This document shows, piece after piece, positions 1-9,735 of a DNA stretch of 64,000 nt. The notes under the pieces are model-generated. The model searched no databases and was not told where the DNA came from. It was given only the letters and a program-made list of their open reading frames with translations. Each line of letters starts with the position of its first letter. Positions within the stretch are counted from its first letter, which is position 1. The position numbers and the translations under genes were made by a program. The stretch is from a virus. The stretch spans positions 48,901 through 112,900 of the IMG/VR virus record IMGVR_UViG_3300002052_000002; one strand, 5' to 3'.

Positions 1-1182
1 GCTGCATCTAATTTCCAATTAACAGGGCAAGTAAATCAGGCTATCCAAGTTTATGCATCTGGTGGGGATGATTTTAGATCATACTTAAAATTATTCTGTC
101 GACATTGGGGATATTCGTTTGCTCAAGTTGAAATAGATGATATTGGTGTTTCAACTCTTACTTATCAGGCATATCGATTCCCATTGACTCATGTAGCAGA
201 TCCTAAAGTTACTCAACCAATGTCAGCGATGTCTGCATCTCCATATACCGATATTAGTGCTGCTTGGTATTCGGCCGCTCAGCAAAGAGATATTGGAGGA
301 ACAAATCGTGATTTCCACGTCATAATTGATGCTTCTGATGAAAACCTTGAAGATGCATATATGAGAATACAGTATTTATTGCTATCAGGTGGAAATATTA
401 ATACTGGCGGAACTTATGGAACAGTAGTTGGAGACACAGCAGATCACCTGTTACATTTTACTGGAGACACTCTATATACAGAATTCTATTCTATTGAACC
501 TACTGGTGGAACATATATAGATAATTTCCAAACTGATGACATCAATCGACTAATCTTTGTAGATGATACTGGAACAGAACGGCAATTCCCATATACTGCA
601 GTCCTTACGCTTCAGTTTGGAGCTAATGTCTACGGCGATTCTAATTCTAAATATTGGGTATATTTTACGGATATTCCAAGTGGTAATTATGGAGATTCGG
701 ATGCTTATTTAGTTAATACAGATAATTATGTTGCTACTGTTGCTAGAGCACGTAATTCTAATACCGCATACTTAACTGCAGCCAATGCTCATGGATTGTC
801 TGCTGAGGATGGTATCGAAGTAGTGGATGTTGGTGGAGCTGGATATAATGGTGTATGGATAGTTTTAGATACTCCAAGTAACACTGAACTATCTTATGCT
901 TGTACAGCTGGAGATGAAAGTTATACTGCTGATACTGATGGAACAATCTATGAGCAAATGGCTGGTAAAGTATGGGGACAATCCTCTGTTCAGAAATCAT
1001 TTGCCTATGATACTAATAGCCAGGGTGGAAGAACATCTGGTTCTAATGCAGACGTAACTGCGGTATCTATTGGCCTATCGTCTTCTCAGTTTGTTCTAGC
1101 AACTGGAACTATTCAGAGAAGTACTGCCAACTCGGTTTCATTGGTTTCGGCCTTGGAAAGAAACTACCAGAATCCTGCATAA
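1..1182 (+). CDS. Virion structural protein, 5' truncated by the window edge
   Basis: Frame 1 is open from base 1 and in frame with ORF 184..1182. Acidic, Thr/Ser/Gly-rich and beta-rich, with an AHGL...GYNG.W.V fibre-type insert. Confidence 0.55.
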   Translation, partial: AASNFQLTGQVNQAIQVYASGGDDFRSYLKLFCRHWGYSFAQVEIDDIGVSTLTYQAYRFPLTHVADPKVTQPMSAMSASPYTDISAAWYSAAQQRDIGGTNRDFHVIIDASDENLEDAYMRIQYLLLSGGNINTGGTYGTVVGDTADHLLHFTGDTLYTEFYSIEPTGGTYIDNFQTDDINRLIFVDDTGTERQFPYTAVLTLQFGANVYGDSNSKYWVYFTDIPSGNYGDSDAYLVNTDNYVATVARARNSNTAYLTAANAHGLSAEDGIEVVDVGGAGYNGVWIVLDTPSNTELSYACTAGDESYTADTDGTIYEQMAGKVWGQSSVQKSFAYDTNSQGGRTSGSNADVTAVSIGLSSSQFVLATGTIQRSTANSVSLVSALERNYQNPA

Positions 1183-1195
1183 CTAGGAGGATGGC

Positions 1196-1648
1196 ATGGC
1201 GTATACTTTCGATGGTACTAATAAAATTATCACGTACTCTATTGGAACAACTGCAATAGATGTGAAAGATATCTATTCCAGATGGAAGAATTGGGTCCAA
1301 GATGAAGGAAGTATGTATCTAAAAGCTATAGATATTGTTGGTGGGGATCCAATTGATGAAATTAATGGGATTTATATTTCTACGTATGTATTTCTTATAA
1401 ATGGTTGGAGGATTCGGCCAGCAGAGGAGAATCATAAGGTAAAAGTACATAGTGGGATCCTACTGACTGATGTTGGAGAAAGTCCCTTTATCTCAACTGT
1501 AGGAAGTTATAATGTACTTGTAGAGTATTCACAGCCAGTTACTTCACAGACTGTAATGCTAGAAACGGGAATTAGTGGATTAACACAGGAAGAAAGTGAA
1601 CAGTTATTTAAAGCATTAACTACTGCAAAATTCTTGGCTTTGAAATAG
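1196..1648 (+). CDS. Conserved phage hypothetical protein, probably structural
   Basis: RBS AGGAGG; N-terminus MAYTFDG...IYSRWKNW of a recurrent phage family. Confidence 0.5.
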   Translation: MAYTFDGTNKIITYSIGTTAIDVKDIYSRWKNWVQDEGSMYLKAIDIVGGDPIDEINGIYISTYVFLINGWRIRPAEENHKVKVHSGILLTDVGESPFISTVGSYNVLVEYSQPVTSQTVMLETGISGLTQEESEQLFKALTTAKFLALK

Positions 1649-1656
1649 GAGTACTG

Positions 1657-2016
1657 ATGAATTGGTTATATAATATATTATCTCCTAGAAATGAATTAGA
1701 ATCGATAGAAGCGATGCTGGTCCACAGATTACCAGAATTCTTATACACGTCAGTTCCTGATATAGCGTTTCCTGAGCCGACGACCAGTGAATTGTTAAAT
1801 AACTTGATTAGACATGATTTTATTATACATCCTTCGACAGGGAATGTTATGACCGCATGGGATGTTAATAAAGTAGTAAAAGATAATTTAAAAACTATCT
1901 CCCATAATATGGCTTTAGAGTCACAAGTTGTGGAGAAAATCAAACCTATTCTTACGCGAGGTCTTCTTCCGGAATACCAATCACCAGGATGGGCACGATT
2001 TCTAAGATATTTGTAG
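1657..2016 (+). CDS. Hypothetical protein
   Basis: AGGAG RBS; tightly packed in the operon. Confidence 0.5.
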   Translation: MNWLYNILSPRNELESIEAMLVHRLPEFLYTSVPDIAFPEPTTSELLNNLIRHDFIIHPSTGNVMTAWDVNKVVKDNLKTISHNMALESQVVEKIKPILTRGLLPEYQSPGWARFLRYL

Positions 2017-2027
2017 GAGGTTTAATA

Positions 2028-2237
2028 ATGCCGAAGAAGAGCGATAACGAAATGAATGGAGAACAATCATACATATCTAAGATTGAAAGTGCAGCTAGAA
2101 AAAAGATGTATGATTTTCTAGGGTGGAAGAAAGAACAAGGCCCAGAAGCTCCAAGGGCTTGGAGAGCAAGAAAAGAACAAGGTCCAGGATTCTGGGGAGC
2201 AGATATTGGAGTTTCAGAAGAGAAAAAGAAAAAGTAA
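2028..2237 (+). CDS. Small hypothetical protein with a duplicated KEQGP motif
   Basis: AGGAGG RBS precedes ATG 2028 (MPKKSD). Confidence 0.5.
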   Translation: MPKKSDNEMNGEQSYISKIESAARKKMYDFLGWKKEQGPEAPRAWRARKEQGPGFWGADIGVSEEKKKK

Positions 2238-2247
2238 GGGGTAAATT

Positions 2248-4050
2248 ATGCCTATAATTGCTGCGCATCAAGGAATGATGTCCGACGTCCCATTGAAAGA
2301 GGATCCAGCTACACATATTGCTAACCTGTATCTATCTGGAAAACAGTGGCGTCAGGCAACGGAAGATAGGTGGAAGAGATTCTATAAACTCTACCGAAGT
2401 TATAGAGACGCAAGTTCCCATCCGTTTAAAAGTAACATCTTTGTTCCTTATATATTTTCTATTGTGGAAAGTTTAGTTCCAAAGATGTTGGGTACGGTAT
2501 TTAATACTAGGCCGATCATATCAATCCAGCCTAGAAAGGGAAGAACAGTTGGCCTCTGTAAGTTATTGGAATCATTACTGGAATATCAACTAGACGAAGA
2601 GCAATTAGAGTTCTTCTCTAAGATTTTGGAGTTCTTCAAAGAGACTTGTATTTATGGAACTGCATTCATGAAAGTAATTCCAAGATTTAATGATGATGAG
2701 TTAGTTTCTTTCAACTATATAGATTTAGAACCAATTGACCTATTTAATATATTTCCTGATTACCGTGCCAAATCGATACGGCGGATGAAATATATAATTC
2801 AGCTATCCTATATGGACTTGGATGAACTACAACATATGGAGAAACAAGGGTTCTACAAGAATGTAAAGGAAGTAGGAAATATATTAGAGGCTAATATGAA
2901 TATTGATGAGGCTAAACGACAAAGGTTGGCTTCAGTCGGAATCTTAGATGAGTATGGATTCGATGCACAGCGTAAAACAGTTGAAGTTTTAGAATATTGG
3001 GACAGAGATAAGATTTATGTAATCGGCGGAAGAAAAGTAATTCTTAAGGAAGAGGATAACCCATTTAGCGGCTTGTTGCCCTATATAATGGCAAGATATG
3101 TACCAGTTCAACACGAACTATATGGAATTGGAATCCCAGAAGTCGCAGAATCTTTACAAGAAGAACTTAATACTGTACGTAATCAGAGAATGGACAATGT
3201 TAATTTAATCATTAATCGAATGTTTGTTGCTCATAAATACGCAGACATTGACTTTGACCAATTAGTATCATATCCAGGAAATGTAATCTTAACTAATAAC
3301 ATGGATGCCGTAAAGCCTTTAGATACAAGAGACATTACCAAATCGGCCTACATGGAAGAAGAAATTATTAAGAGAGACATAGATAACGCTACTGGAGAAT
3401 TTGCTTATTCGCGAGGAGAAGCACCAGAAAGACGAGAAACAGCAACAGGAATAGTTAGACTGCAGCAAGCCGCTAATATTAGATTTGACACAATAGTGAA
3501 ATCATTAGAGTTTACTGTACTACGACATATCGCTAAGATGTTCTTATGGTTAGATTACCACTTCTTGTCACCAGAAGCGATGGCTAAAATTGTTGGGCAA
3601 GAAGAATTCATGAAGTATAATGGAATAGAGTTTTATAATCAGGATATAGAAGATGTTTTAAAGCAGTATAACTTCCAGCCTATGGGCTCCGCTACTACGG
3701 CTGTAAAAGAAGTACGAATCCAGCAAATGATGCAAGCCTATAGATTGTTTAATATGGATCCAATGATCAATCAGTTAGCATTAAGGAGAATGGTCCTTAG
3801 TGCATTGGAAATCAAGAATGAAGACGAATTACTTCAGCCACCTCCCATGATGGGACCAGGAGCAGGAATGCCTGGAATGATGGGGCCTGGACAAGCTGGT
3901 CCTGGCGGGGTACAAGCTCCAGCTCCTCCTCAAGCTCCGCAACCTGGTCAGAAGGCTATCCCAGCAGAACGGCAAATGGCCGAAATGATGAGGGTAGCTG
4001 GTGGTGGCCTTATCAAAGGAGGCCCGACGTTTCCTCAAAACGTGGGCTAA
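2248..4050 (+). CDS. Portal protein (P22/SU10-like)
   Basis: 600 aa; S.IFVP..F..VE, YGIG.PE and QEELN..RNQR.DN motifs, ETAT; P/G/M-rich tail; lies before scaffold and capsid. Confidence 0.88.
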   Translation: MPIIAAHQGMMSDVPLKEDPATHIANLYLSGKQWRQATEDRWKRFYKLYRSYRDASSHPFKSNIFVPYIFSIVESLVPKMLGTVFNTRPIISIQPRKGRTVGLCKLLESLLEYQLDEEQLEFFSKILEFFKETCIYGTAFMKVIPRFNDDELVSFNYIDLEPIDLFNIFPDYRAKSIRRMKYIIQLSYMDLDELQHMEKQGFYKNVKEVGNILEANMNIDEAKRQRLASVGILDEYGFDAQRKTVEVLEYWDRDKIYVIGGRKVILKEEDNPFSGLLPYIMARYVPVQHELYGIGIPEVAESLQEELNTVRNQRMDNVNLIINRMFVAHKYADIDFDQLVSYPGNVILTNNMDAVKPLDTRDITKSAYMEEEIIKRDIDNATGEFAYSRGEAPERRETATGIVRLQQAANIRFDTIVKSLEFTVLRHIAKMFLWLDYHFLSPEAMAKIVGQEEFMKYNGIEFYNQDIEDVLKQYNFQPMGSATTAVKEVRIQQMMQAYRLFNMDPMINQLALRRMVLSALEIKNEDELLQPPPMMGPGAGMPGMMGPGQAGPGGVQAPAPPQAPQPGQKAIPAERQMAEMMRVAGGGLIKGGPTFPQNVG

Positions 4051-4064
4051 TATAGGAGACTAAT

Positions 4065-4382
4065 ATGCCAAAAAGCAGATTAGAAATGGTAATGGCTGAT
4101 GAAGCTACTAAAGTAGATGACTCAGCTAAACTACGGCAGCAAGCCGATGAATTTTATGCCTTGAAAGTCACGCTCGATAGTCGTGGCTGGAAAGAGATTA
4201 TTGGTAAGTATCTAGCAAACCGCCTAGATCTTAACAGATTTCTCCAAACTAAAACAACTCAAGAAAGGCACGAAATGTATGGTGCTCTTAACGAGGTGCA
4301 AGAATTTATAAGTTTCTTAGAACAGAAACTCAAAGATGGAGAAAAGGCAGTTATGGTACTTAACCGAAGGGAGGAAAAATGA
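4065..4382 (+). CDS. Small helical head-associated protein
   Basis: Typical position between portal and scaffold; S.GWK.I motif. Confidence 0.5.
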   Translation: MPKSRLEMVMADEATKVDDSAKLRQQADEFYALKVTLDSRGWKEIIGKYLANRLDLNRFLQTKTTQERHEMYGALNEVQEFISFLEQKLKDGEKAVMVLNRREEK

Positions 4383-5479
4383 GTAAAACAATGGACGACT
4401 TACAAAGTCAAGTTAACGACATGCAGATGGGTCTAACTTCGGACGACGATCTGCAAGCCCTGTTCGATGGTCTACCAGAAGTGGGAACGACTGAACCCGT
4501 ACAGGCTGCTTCGGCGGGAGATAATCCGCCAACACCTCCGGCCCCTGAGCCAACCCCTGCTCCTGCGCCAGCTCCGGCCCCACAGCCGACGCCTGCGCCG
4601 AAGCCAGAACCTACTCCGGCACCAACGCCGGATCCGACCCAGGGAAAACCGCCCGTTTCTGATGTGCCTGACAAATTCAGAGACGTGGATGTGCAAGCTT
4701 CATTGAATAAAGCCGTAAAATCGTATGAGGAATTAGAAGCTCGGCACGCAGCTCAAGAAAAAGAGCTAGCAAATTTGAGGAAACTAGTTGGTCAATTGAC
4801 TACTGGTACTACTCCTCAGCCGACTCCTAGCGTACCTACACAGGTTCCGGTAGCGACACCGACAGTAGTGGACGAGGAAATTCCCGATTCGGATTACTTC
4901 GAAAAACCCAATGAAGCTGTAGGCAAAAAGGTCCTTCAGGATCTTAATAAATATGCTCCTGAATTGATCGCTAAGAAGATCATGGAGTATCACGATTGGA
5001 ATACCCGCCAGATGATACTTCGAGATTTTCGAAGGGAACATCCAGATTTCGATAATTATGTTCAGGATATTCTACAAATCGCTCAGGCTCGGCCTGATAT
5101 AGATAGATTACCTCCTGATCAATCATTGCCTATGTTATATGATTTAGCTAAAGAAAGAGCTAGATTAAAACTTGAGACAATGAAGAGAGATCTAGGTATT
5201 CCTGAGATAACGCCTGCGCCTCAACCTGCACCAGCCCCCGCACCTTCAACAGAAGAGATAGCGAAGATGGTTCAGGCTAGGTTGATCGAAGAAATCAATC
5301 GACGAAGACGCGCTTCAGGCATCACTGGAGCAGAAGGAACGCCCCCTGTGAATCCACAGGATAGAGCAACTCCGGCTCCGAAACCACAAGAGAAAACCTA
5401 CGGTGAAGAGGTTTTCGATAGAATGATGGCTACTAAACCAAAGCATCCTGATGATATATTGGGAACTGCGAGGTTATAA
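4379..5479 (+). CDS. Capsid scaffolding protein
   Basis: Pro/Ala-rich linkers, VPDKF...KSY.ELE coiled coil, F...HPDF motif; directly upstream of the capsid gene. Confidence 0.8.
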   Translation: MSKTMDDLQSQVNDMQMGLTSDDDLQALFDGLPEVGTTEPVQAASAGDNPPTPPAPEPTPAPAPAPAPQPTPAPKPEPTPAPTPDPTQGKPPVSDVPDKFRDVDVQASLNKAVKSYEELEARHAAQEKELANLRKLVGQLTTGTTPQPTPSVPTQVPVATPTVVDEEIPDSDYFEKPNEAVGKKVLQDLNKYAPELIAKKIMEYHDWNTRQMILRDFRREHPDFDNYVQDILQIAQARPDIDRLPPDQSLPMLYDLAKERARLKLETMKRDLGIPEITPAPQPAPAPAPSTEEIAKMVQARLIEEINRRRRASGITGAEGTPPVNPQDRATPAPKPQEKTYGEEVFDRMMATKPKHPDDILGTARL

Positions 5480-5523
5480 GCTATCACTTGCACATTTTAT
5501 AAAGAGGAGGTGCTTCATAGACT

Positions 5524-6711
5524 ATGGCAGTGACCGTTATTTCTGGTGCAACCGGAAGTTTAGGAACTAATGCTATTTTAGCAGCTCAGAAAGTTGTTGA
5601 CATTAGCGATAAGATCTACTTACTGGAACCCAACGCGGCTCCTTTATATGTTCTTGTTTCTAAGTTAGGGAAAGACGTTACTATCAATCCAGCTTTTAGT
5701 TGGTTGGAAGACGAGCTTCAGCCCTCTTGGACAACTCTTGCAGTTTCAGCAGCAGCAGGCGATGGCACTCTGACGGCGTCTAACGGATACGTTAATAAAT
5801 TTGATCTGTTGAAAGTCCCTTCTACGGGCGAGGTTATGCTTGCTCATACAGTGTCTTCGACAGCAGTTCAGGTTTATCGTGCGTACGGTACGACAATCGC
5901 AGCGTGCGCTGATGCTGGTGTTGATATCCTAATTCTTGGTCCAGCTTTTGCAGAAGGTTCTCTTGGAACAGACCTTGCAACCGTAACAACCCAGACAAAT
6001 GAGGTATGGAATTATACTCAGTTGTTTAGAAAGTCCTGCGAAGTAACTCGTACATTGGCTAATACCGAGCTCTATGGTGGGCCCGAAAGGAACAACCAGA
6101 GGAGAAAGAAAGGTATCGAGCTTATGCGAGATTTCGAAAGGATGTTCTTGTTCGGCGAAGGACTCCAAGATACTGGTGCTGGTAAAGACACTAACCTAAC
6201 CCATGCGCGTAGGACAATGAGAGGAGTAGATTCTTTTATTGCTTCTAATGCGACTGCGGCAGGCGGAGTTCTTACCGAATCAGAATTTGAGGCTTTCTTG
6301 CGAACCGTATTTCGGTACGGCGGATCATCCAGGTATTTGTTCTGCGCTCCCCTGATCCTTTCAGTGATCAGCCAGTGGGCACAGGGTAAACTCCAGATGT
6401 TCCCTAAGGACAAGAGTTATGGTGTTGCTATTACTCAGTATCTGTCTCCTCAGGGCTCAGTGAATTTGATTCGTGAGTTCATGTTGGAGAATGCTGGTGG
6501 AGTTTCTAGTGTTTCCTACTATGGCGGATATGCCTTTGCACTCGCTCTAGAAGAGATCAGGTATCGTTACCTGCAGAACAGAGATGTTCAGCTTGAAACT
6601 GATATCCAGGCTCCTGGGGACGATTCGTTCAAAGATCAGTATATCTGCGAAGTTAGTATGGAATTTCGTCAGCAGAGAATGCACGGAAAACTTACTGGCG
6701 TGACTGGTTAA
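5524..6711 (+). CDS. Major capsid protein (SU10/DUF5309-like)
   Basis: 395 aa; WLEDEL, NYTQLFR, RD.E..FLFG, R.MRG, ends HGKLTGV; strong GAGGAGG RBS. Confidence 0.88.
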   Translation: MAVTVISGATGSLGTNAILAAQKVVDISDKIYLLEPNAAPLYVLVSKLGKDVTINPAFSWLEDELQPSWTTLAVSAAAGDGTLTASNGYVNKFDLLKVPSTGEVMLAHTVSSTAVQVYRAYGTTIAACADAGVDILILGPAFAEGSLGTDLATVTTQTNEVWNYTQLFRKSCEVTRTLANTELYGGPERNNQRRKKGIELMRDFERMFLFGEGLQDTGAGKDTNLTHARRTMRGVDSFIASNATAAGGVLTESEFEAFLRTVFRYGGSSRYLFCAPLILSVISQWAQGKLQMFPKDKSYGVAITQYLSPQGSVNLIREFMLENAGGVSSVSYYGGYAFALALEEIRYRYLQNRDVQLETDIQAPGDDSFKDQYICEVSMEFRQQRMHGKLTGVTG

Positions 6712-6745
6712 TTCTAGTTATTCCAAGTTTTCTTTAGCATAGATA

Positions 6746-6796
6746 CTATAGATTTATTGCTCCATTAGCGAAAGGGCGTCTAATGGATGAATATAG
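6746..6796 (+). promoter_or_regulatory. Intergenic stem-loop after the capsid gene
   Basis: TCCATTAG (6761-6768) pairs with CTAATGGA (6780-6787), with outer CTATA/TATAG; no U-tract. Confidence 0.45.
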
Positions 6797-6811
6797 ATGG
6801 AGGTGGAGCTG

Positions 6812-7228
6812 ATGTCAAAACCCACGGAAGTTCATGACCCTTTACTTATTTATATTGCTGCTGCATTAGACATTGCTGGTAGCATAAGAATTGAAGTACC
6901 TAGGAAAACTGGAGAAGACAAAGGAGCATCCCTTTTAGTATGGATTCAATCAAAGAAATTCAAATTGATGGAATTATTACAAAGGAGAGGAGCTTTTGTT
7001 ACTCCTGTATCTGATGGACAATTTAGAGGAAAATGGAAGGATAAGAAAGCAGCAAGACTGCTTAGGCAATTATTGCCTTATCTCCATTTAAGAAGAGAAC
7101 AAGCAAAGATTGGGGTAGAGTTCATGGATGAAAGAGAACTGAACCCGACCGAACATACCGATGCGATATACCGTCTCAGGCTTAAGCTACAAAAGAAAGC
7201 GGATGAAGAGGACGGAAAGGAGAGATAA
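6812..7228 (+). CDS. Degenerate LAGLIDADG homing-endonuclease-like protein
   Basis: YIAAALDIAGSIRI motif and LLPYL...EQA...EF tail; the catalytic acidic residue is replaced by Ala; RBS GGAGGTGG precedes ATG 6812. Confidence 0.65.
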   Translation: MSKPTEVHDPLLIYIAAALDIAGSIRIEVPRKTGEDKGASLLVWIQSKKFKLMELLQRRGAFVTPVSDGQFRGKWKDKKAARLLRQLLPYLHLRREQAKIGVEFMDERELNPTEHTDAIYRLRLKLQKKADEEDGKER

Positions 7229-7230
7229 AT

Positions 7231-7752
7231 ATGGCTATATTTGCAAGTAGAATGAGAAGTCTAGTAGTGATTTTAGTTCCAACTGAAACTGTCCTAGACG
7301 AGCTTAGACGACCCATGACTATTAAAGGTAAGAAAGCTACCTTTGCTAATGGTCGATATAAAACTGATGACCCGAAAGAAATTGAGATGTTAAGAAATCA
7401 TGCACAGTTTAATATTGAATTTTTTGAGGTCACAGATGAAGCAAAAAGGATTAAAGAATTCCATGAAACTAAAGTTATTCATGGTGCATTAGGTGCTGGC
7501 CCAAAAGTGGAGGGAGATATAGCTCCTCCAGCGATTCCGAGTTTAAAAGAAGAAATTTTGGCAGCAGTTGATGTTAAAATAACCAACGTAATGGGACAGA
7601 TTTTGTCAGCCATTGAAGGGATGCCAAAGCCCGCAGCTGATGAGCCTGTAAAACCCAAGAAAATATTTACGTGCCCTATCTGCAAAGAGCCTTTCCCAAG
7701 TGGTATTGCAGTTGGGAAGCACAAGAAAGAGGCACATCCTGAGGTGAGTTAA
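7231..7752 (+). CDS. Phage protein with a C-terminal C2H2 zinc finger
   Basis: F.NGRY.T.DP.EIE.L N-terminal domain; CPIC...HKKEAH. Confidence 0.6.
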   Translation: MAIFASRMRSLVVILVPTETVLDELRRPMTIKGKKATFANGRYKTDDPKEIEMLRNHAQFNIEFFEVTDEAKRIKEFHETKVIHGALGAGPKVEGDIAPPAIPSLKEEILAAVDVKITNVMGQILSAIEGMPKPAADEPVKPKKIFTCPICKEPFPSGIAVGKHKKEAHPEVS

Positions 7753-7755
7753 ACT

Positions 7756-8478
7756 TTGAATTTTAGTACTCTAAAAGAACGAGTTACGGAGTATCTTGAA
7801 GATCGTACAGATACTGATTTTCAGATTAAAGTTGGTAACTGGATTAATGATACTCGGAAGGACTTGGCCCTAGAGTATGAATTTGATTACCTGTATGTGG
7901 AGGCAACCTATTCCACGAGCGCGGGCTCGGCGGAGTACGCGTTGCCTTCTAGTTTTATAGGTCTAGAAGACGTATGGGTAGGGACCAAGAAATTAGAGAG
8001 ATTATATCTTCCTGAGAGAGATGTGCTTTCTCCAACTGATGTTGATAGCCCTTCTGGAGAGACTTTCTTACTACCAATAGAACAGGGATTAAGTGGAGAC
8101 AGCAACCAGTCGATTCCAGATTATTATATAATTAGAGGCTTTGCACTTGAGCTATGGCCCGTCCCTGATGCTGCATATACTCTGAAGATTAAGTATTATG
8201 CACAGCCTACAGATTTTACTTTAGATGCAGACTACGATCATATTTCAAATTTCCATTTTGATGCCGTGATTTGGGGAGCTGCATTGCGTGGAGCCATATA
8301 CTTAGATGATAATGATAAGATTCAAAAATACGAAGGGTATTATCAGAAGGCCATAGAGAAGATGATAATGAAAGAGAAAAAGAGAGTGGCTAAAGATCAG
8401 CGCCCAAGAATGAAGACTTTCAAAGATTTCTATCTGCCTACATTTAAACGTATGACGAAGATGATACCAATAGAATAA
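7756..8478 (+). CDS. Head-tail adaptor (tail tubular protein A-like)
   Basis: Y.LP..F, P.YY.....L.LWPVPD..Y.L...YY motifs; position. Confidence 0.75.
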   Translation: MNFSTLKERVTEYLEDRTDTDFQIKVGNWINDTRKDLALEYEFDYLYVEATYSTSAGSAEYALPSSFIGLEDVWVGTKKLERLYLPERDVLSPTDVDSPSGETFLLPIEQGLSGDSNQSIPDYYIIRGFALELWPVPDAAYTLKIKYYAQPTDFTLDADYDHISNFHFDAVIWGAALRGAIYLDDNDKIQKYEGYYQKAIEKMIMKEKKRVAKDQRPRMKTFKDFYLPTFKRMTKMIPIE

Positions 8479-8488
8479 GGGATCTGTA

Positions 8489-9613
8489 ATGGGATTTAAA
8501 GAAGATTTTGAAAACCTTAAACAGGAAATTTCAGGATTACAAGAAAAAGTAGAGAAATTTCGTAAGCTATCTTATACATATGCTAACATGGATAGCATAC
8601 AAGAATTATATAATAAGATATTAGTCGCTCCGATAATAACTGATTTCTCTTACGCTAAACATTCGTCTATTCATGGTAGTGGTGGGATTGACCCATTAGA
8701 TCATGGTACTTTAGATGGGTTAACTGATGATGATCATCCACAATACTCATTAGTGGATGCAACTAGAGCCTTCACTGGAGCCTTAACTGGTACTAGCGGT
8801 TATTTCGCTACATCAGTTAGTGCTGATGCTTTTGATGGCGGAGTAATGGCTACGCGTGTGAATAGTGGATCAGATACGGCGCGTAGACCTAGATTCAACT
8901 TTATAGAAGGGGATTATATCTCCATTGTAGCTACAGACAATCCTGCTGGTGATGAGACTAATATAACTATTGGAGCAGATGCTCAAGGTTTTGATCCCAC
9001 AAGCTATGCAGAATTTTATGATGATTTCATGTCCATTAATGGTGTTGCATCCCCAGTTATCTCTGATAAACCTTGGATTTTTATAGGAGTATATGGATGG
9101 TCTGAAGACAATAATGGGGTTATACTTATTCGATCAGATGCAACAAATAGAGGACATTTTAGTCAATCTGATGGTAGTGGTACTTTCGCAAAAACTTGGA
9201 TATATTCTCTTAATCCAACTTTTATTTCTCGCATTGCTCAACTTGGAGCTAGTGCGAGCACTCGAAGACTAGGACTCGTTGATGCTACTCTAAATACGGC
9301 GGCTGAACCAGATAATGGGATTTATTTCAGATTTACAGTAGATGGGAATTACATAGCTGTTTGCAGATCAGGTGGATCTGAAGATACTATTGATACAAAC
9401 GTAGCCGCTGCTGACGGAACTTTCAATATATTGAAATTCGTTGTATCTGGAGATGGAACATCGGTTGAATTTTTCGTAGATGGAGTTTCCAAAGGAAGCA
9501 TAACTAATTACATCCCAACAGTTATATTAGGAATTAGTTTTGGAAGTAATACCACAGGAACAGGTAGAGGAGTATATATAGATTTTGTTCATGTTAGACA
9601 GGATAGATCATGA
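8489..9613 (+). CDS. Tail fibre/spike-like protein with a lectin-like C-terminal domain
   Basis: Coiled-coil N-terminus, H..IH.SGG.D and DHG.L.GL.DDDHPQY fibre motifs, ConA-like VEFFVDG C-terminus. Confidence 0.6.
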   Translation: MGFKEDFENLKQEISGLQEKVEKFRKLSYTYANMDSIQELYNKILVAPIITDFSYAKHSSIHGSGGIDPLDHGTLDGLTDDDHPQYSLVDATRAFTGALTGTSGYFATSVSADAFDGGVMATRVNSGSDTARRPRFNFIEGDYISIVATDNPAGDETNITIGADAQGFDPTSYAEFYDDFMSINGVASPVISDKPWIFIGVYGWSEDNNGVILIRSDATNRGHFSQSDGSGTFAKTWIYSLNPTFISRIAQLGASASTRRLGLVDATLNTAAEPDNGIYFRFTVDGNYIAVCRSGGSEDTIDTNVAAADGTFNILKFVVSGDGTSVEFFVDGVSKGSITNYIPTVILGISFGSNTTGTGRGVYIDFVHVRQDRS

Positions 9614-9735
9614 CAATCATTCCAACAAAACTGTGTTTGCTACGACGAGGAGAAATATGCACTAATTGTGGTGCCTGCGAGTCGTGGTGGAATGATACAT
9701 GGTGTGATGTTTCGTATAAGGAGAAAAAGAAATAA
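9610..9735 (+). CDS. 41-aa Cys-rich peptide (CxxCxxC), absent from the ORF track
   Basis: MTIIPTKLCLLRRGEICTNCGACESWWNDTWCDVSYKEKKK; coupled by ATGA upstream and TAATG downstream. Confidence 0.6.
   Translation: MTIIPTKLCLLRRGEICTNCGACESWWNDTWCDVSYKEKKK

Noticed and set aside
4520-4650. GC-rich repetitive DNA resembling a tandem repeat or array
   Set aside because: It encodes the Pro/Ala/Thr linker of the scaffold protein, with no fixed repeat-spacer structure.
5524-7228. Group I intron or intein in the capsid gene carrying the LAGLIDADG
   Set aside because: The capsid ORF is full length with a normal C-terminus; no second exon or intron core is seen.
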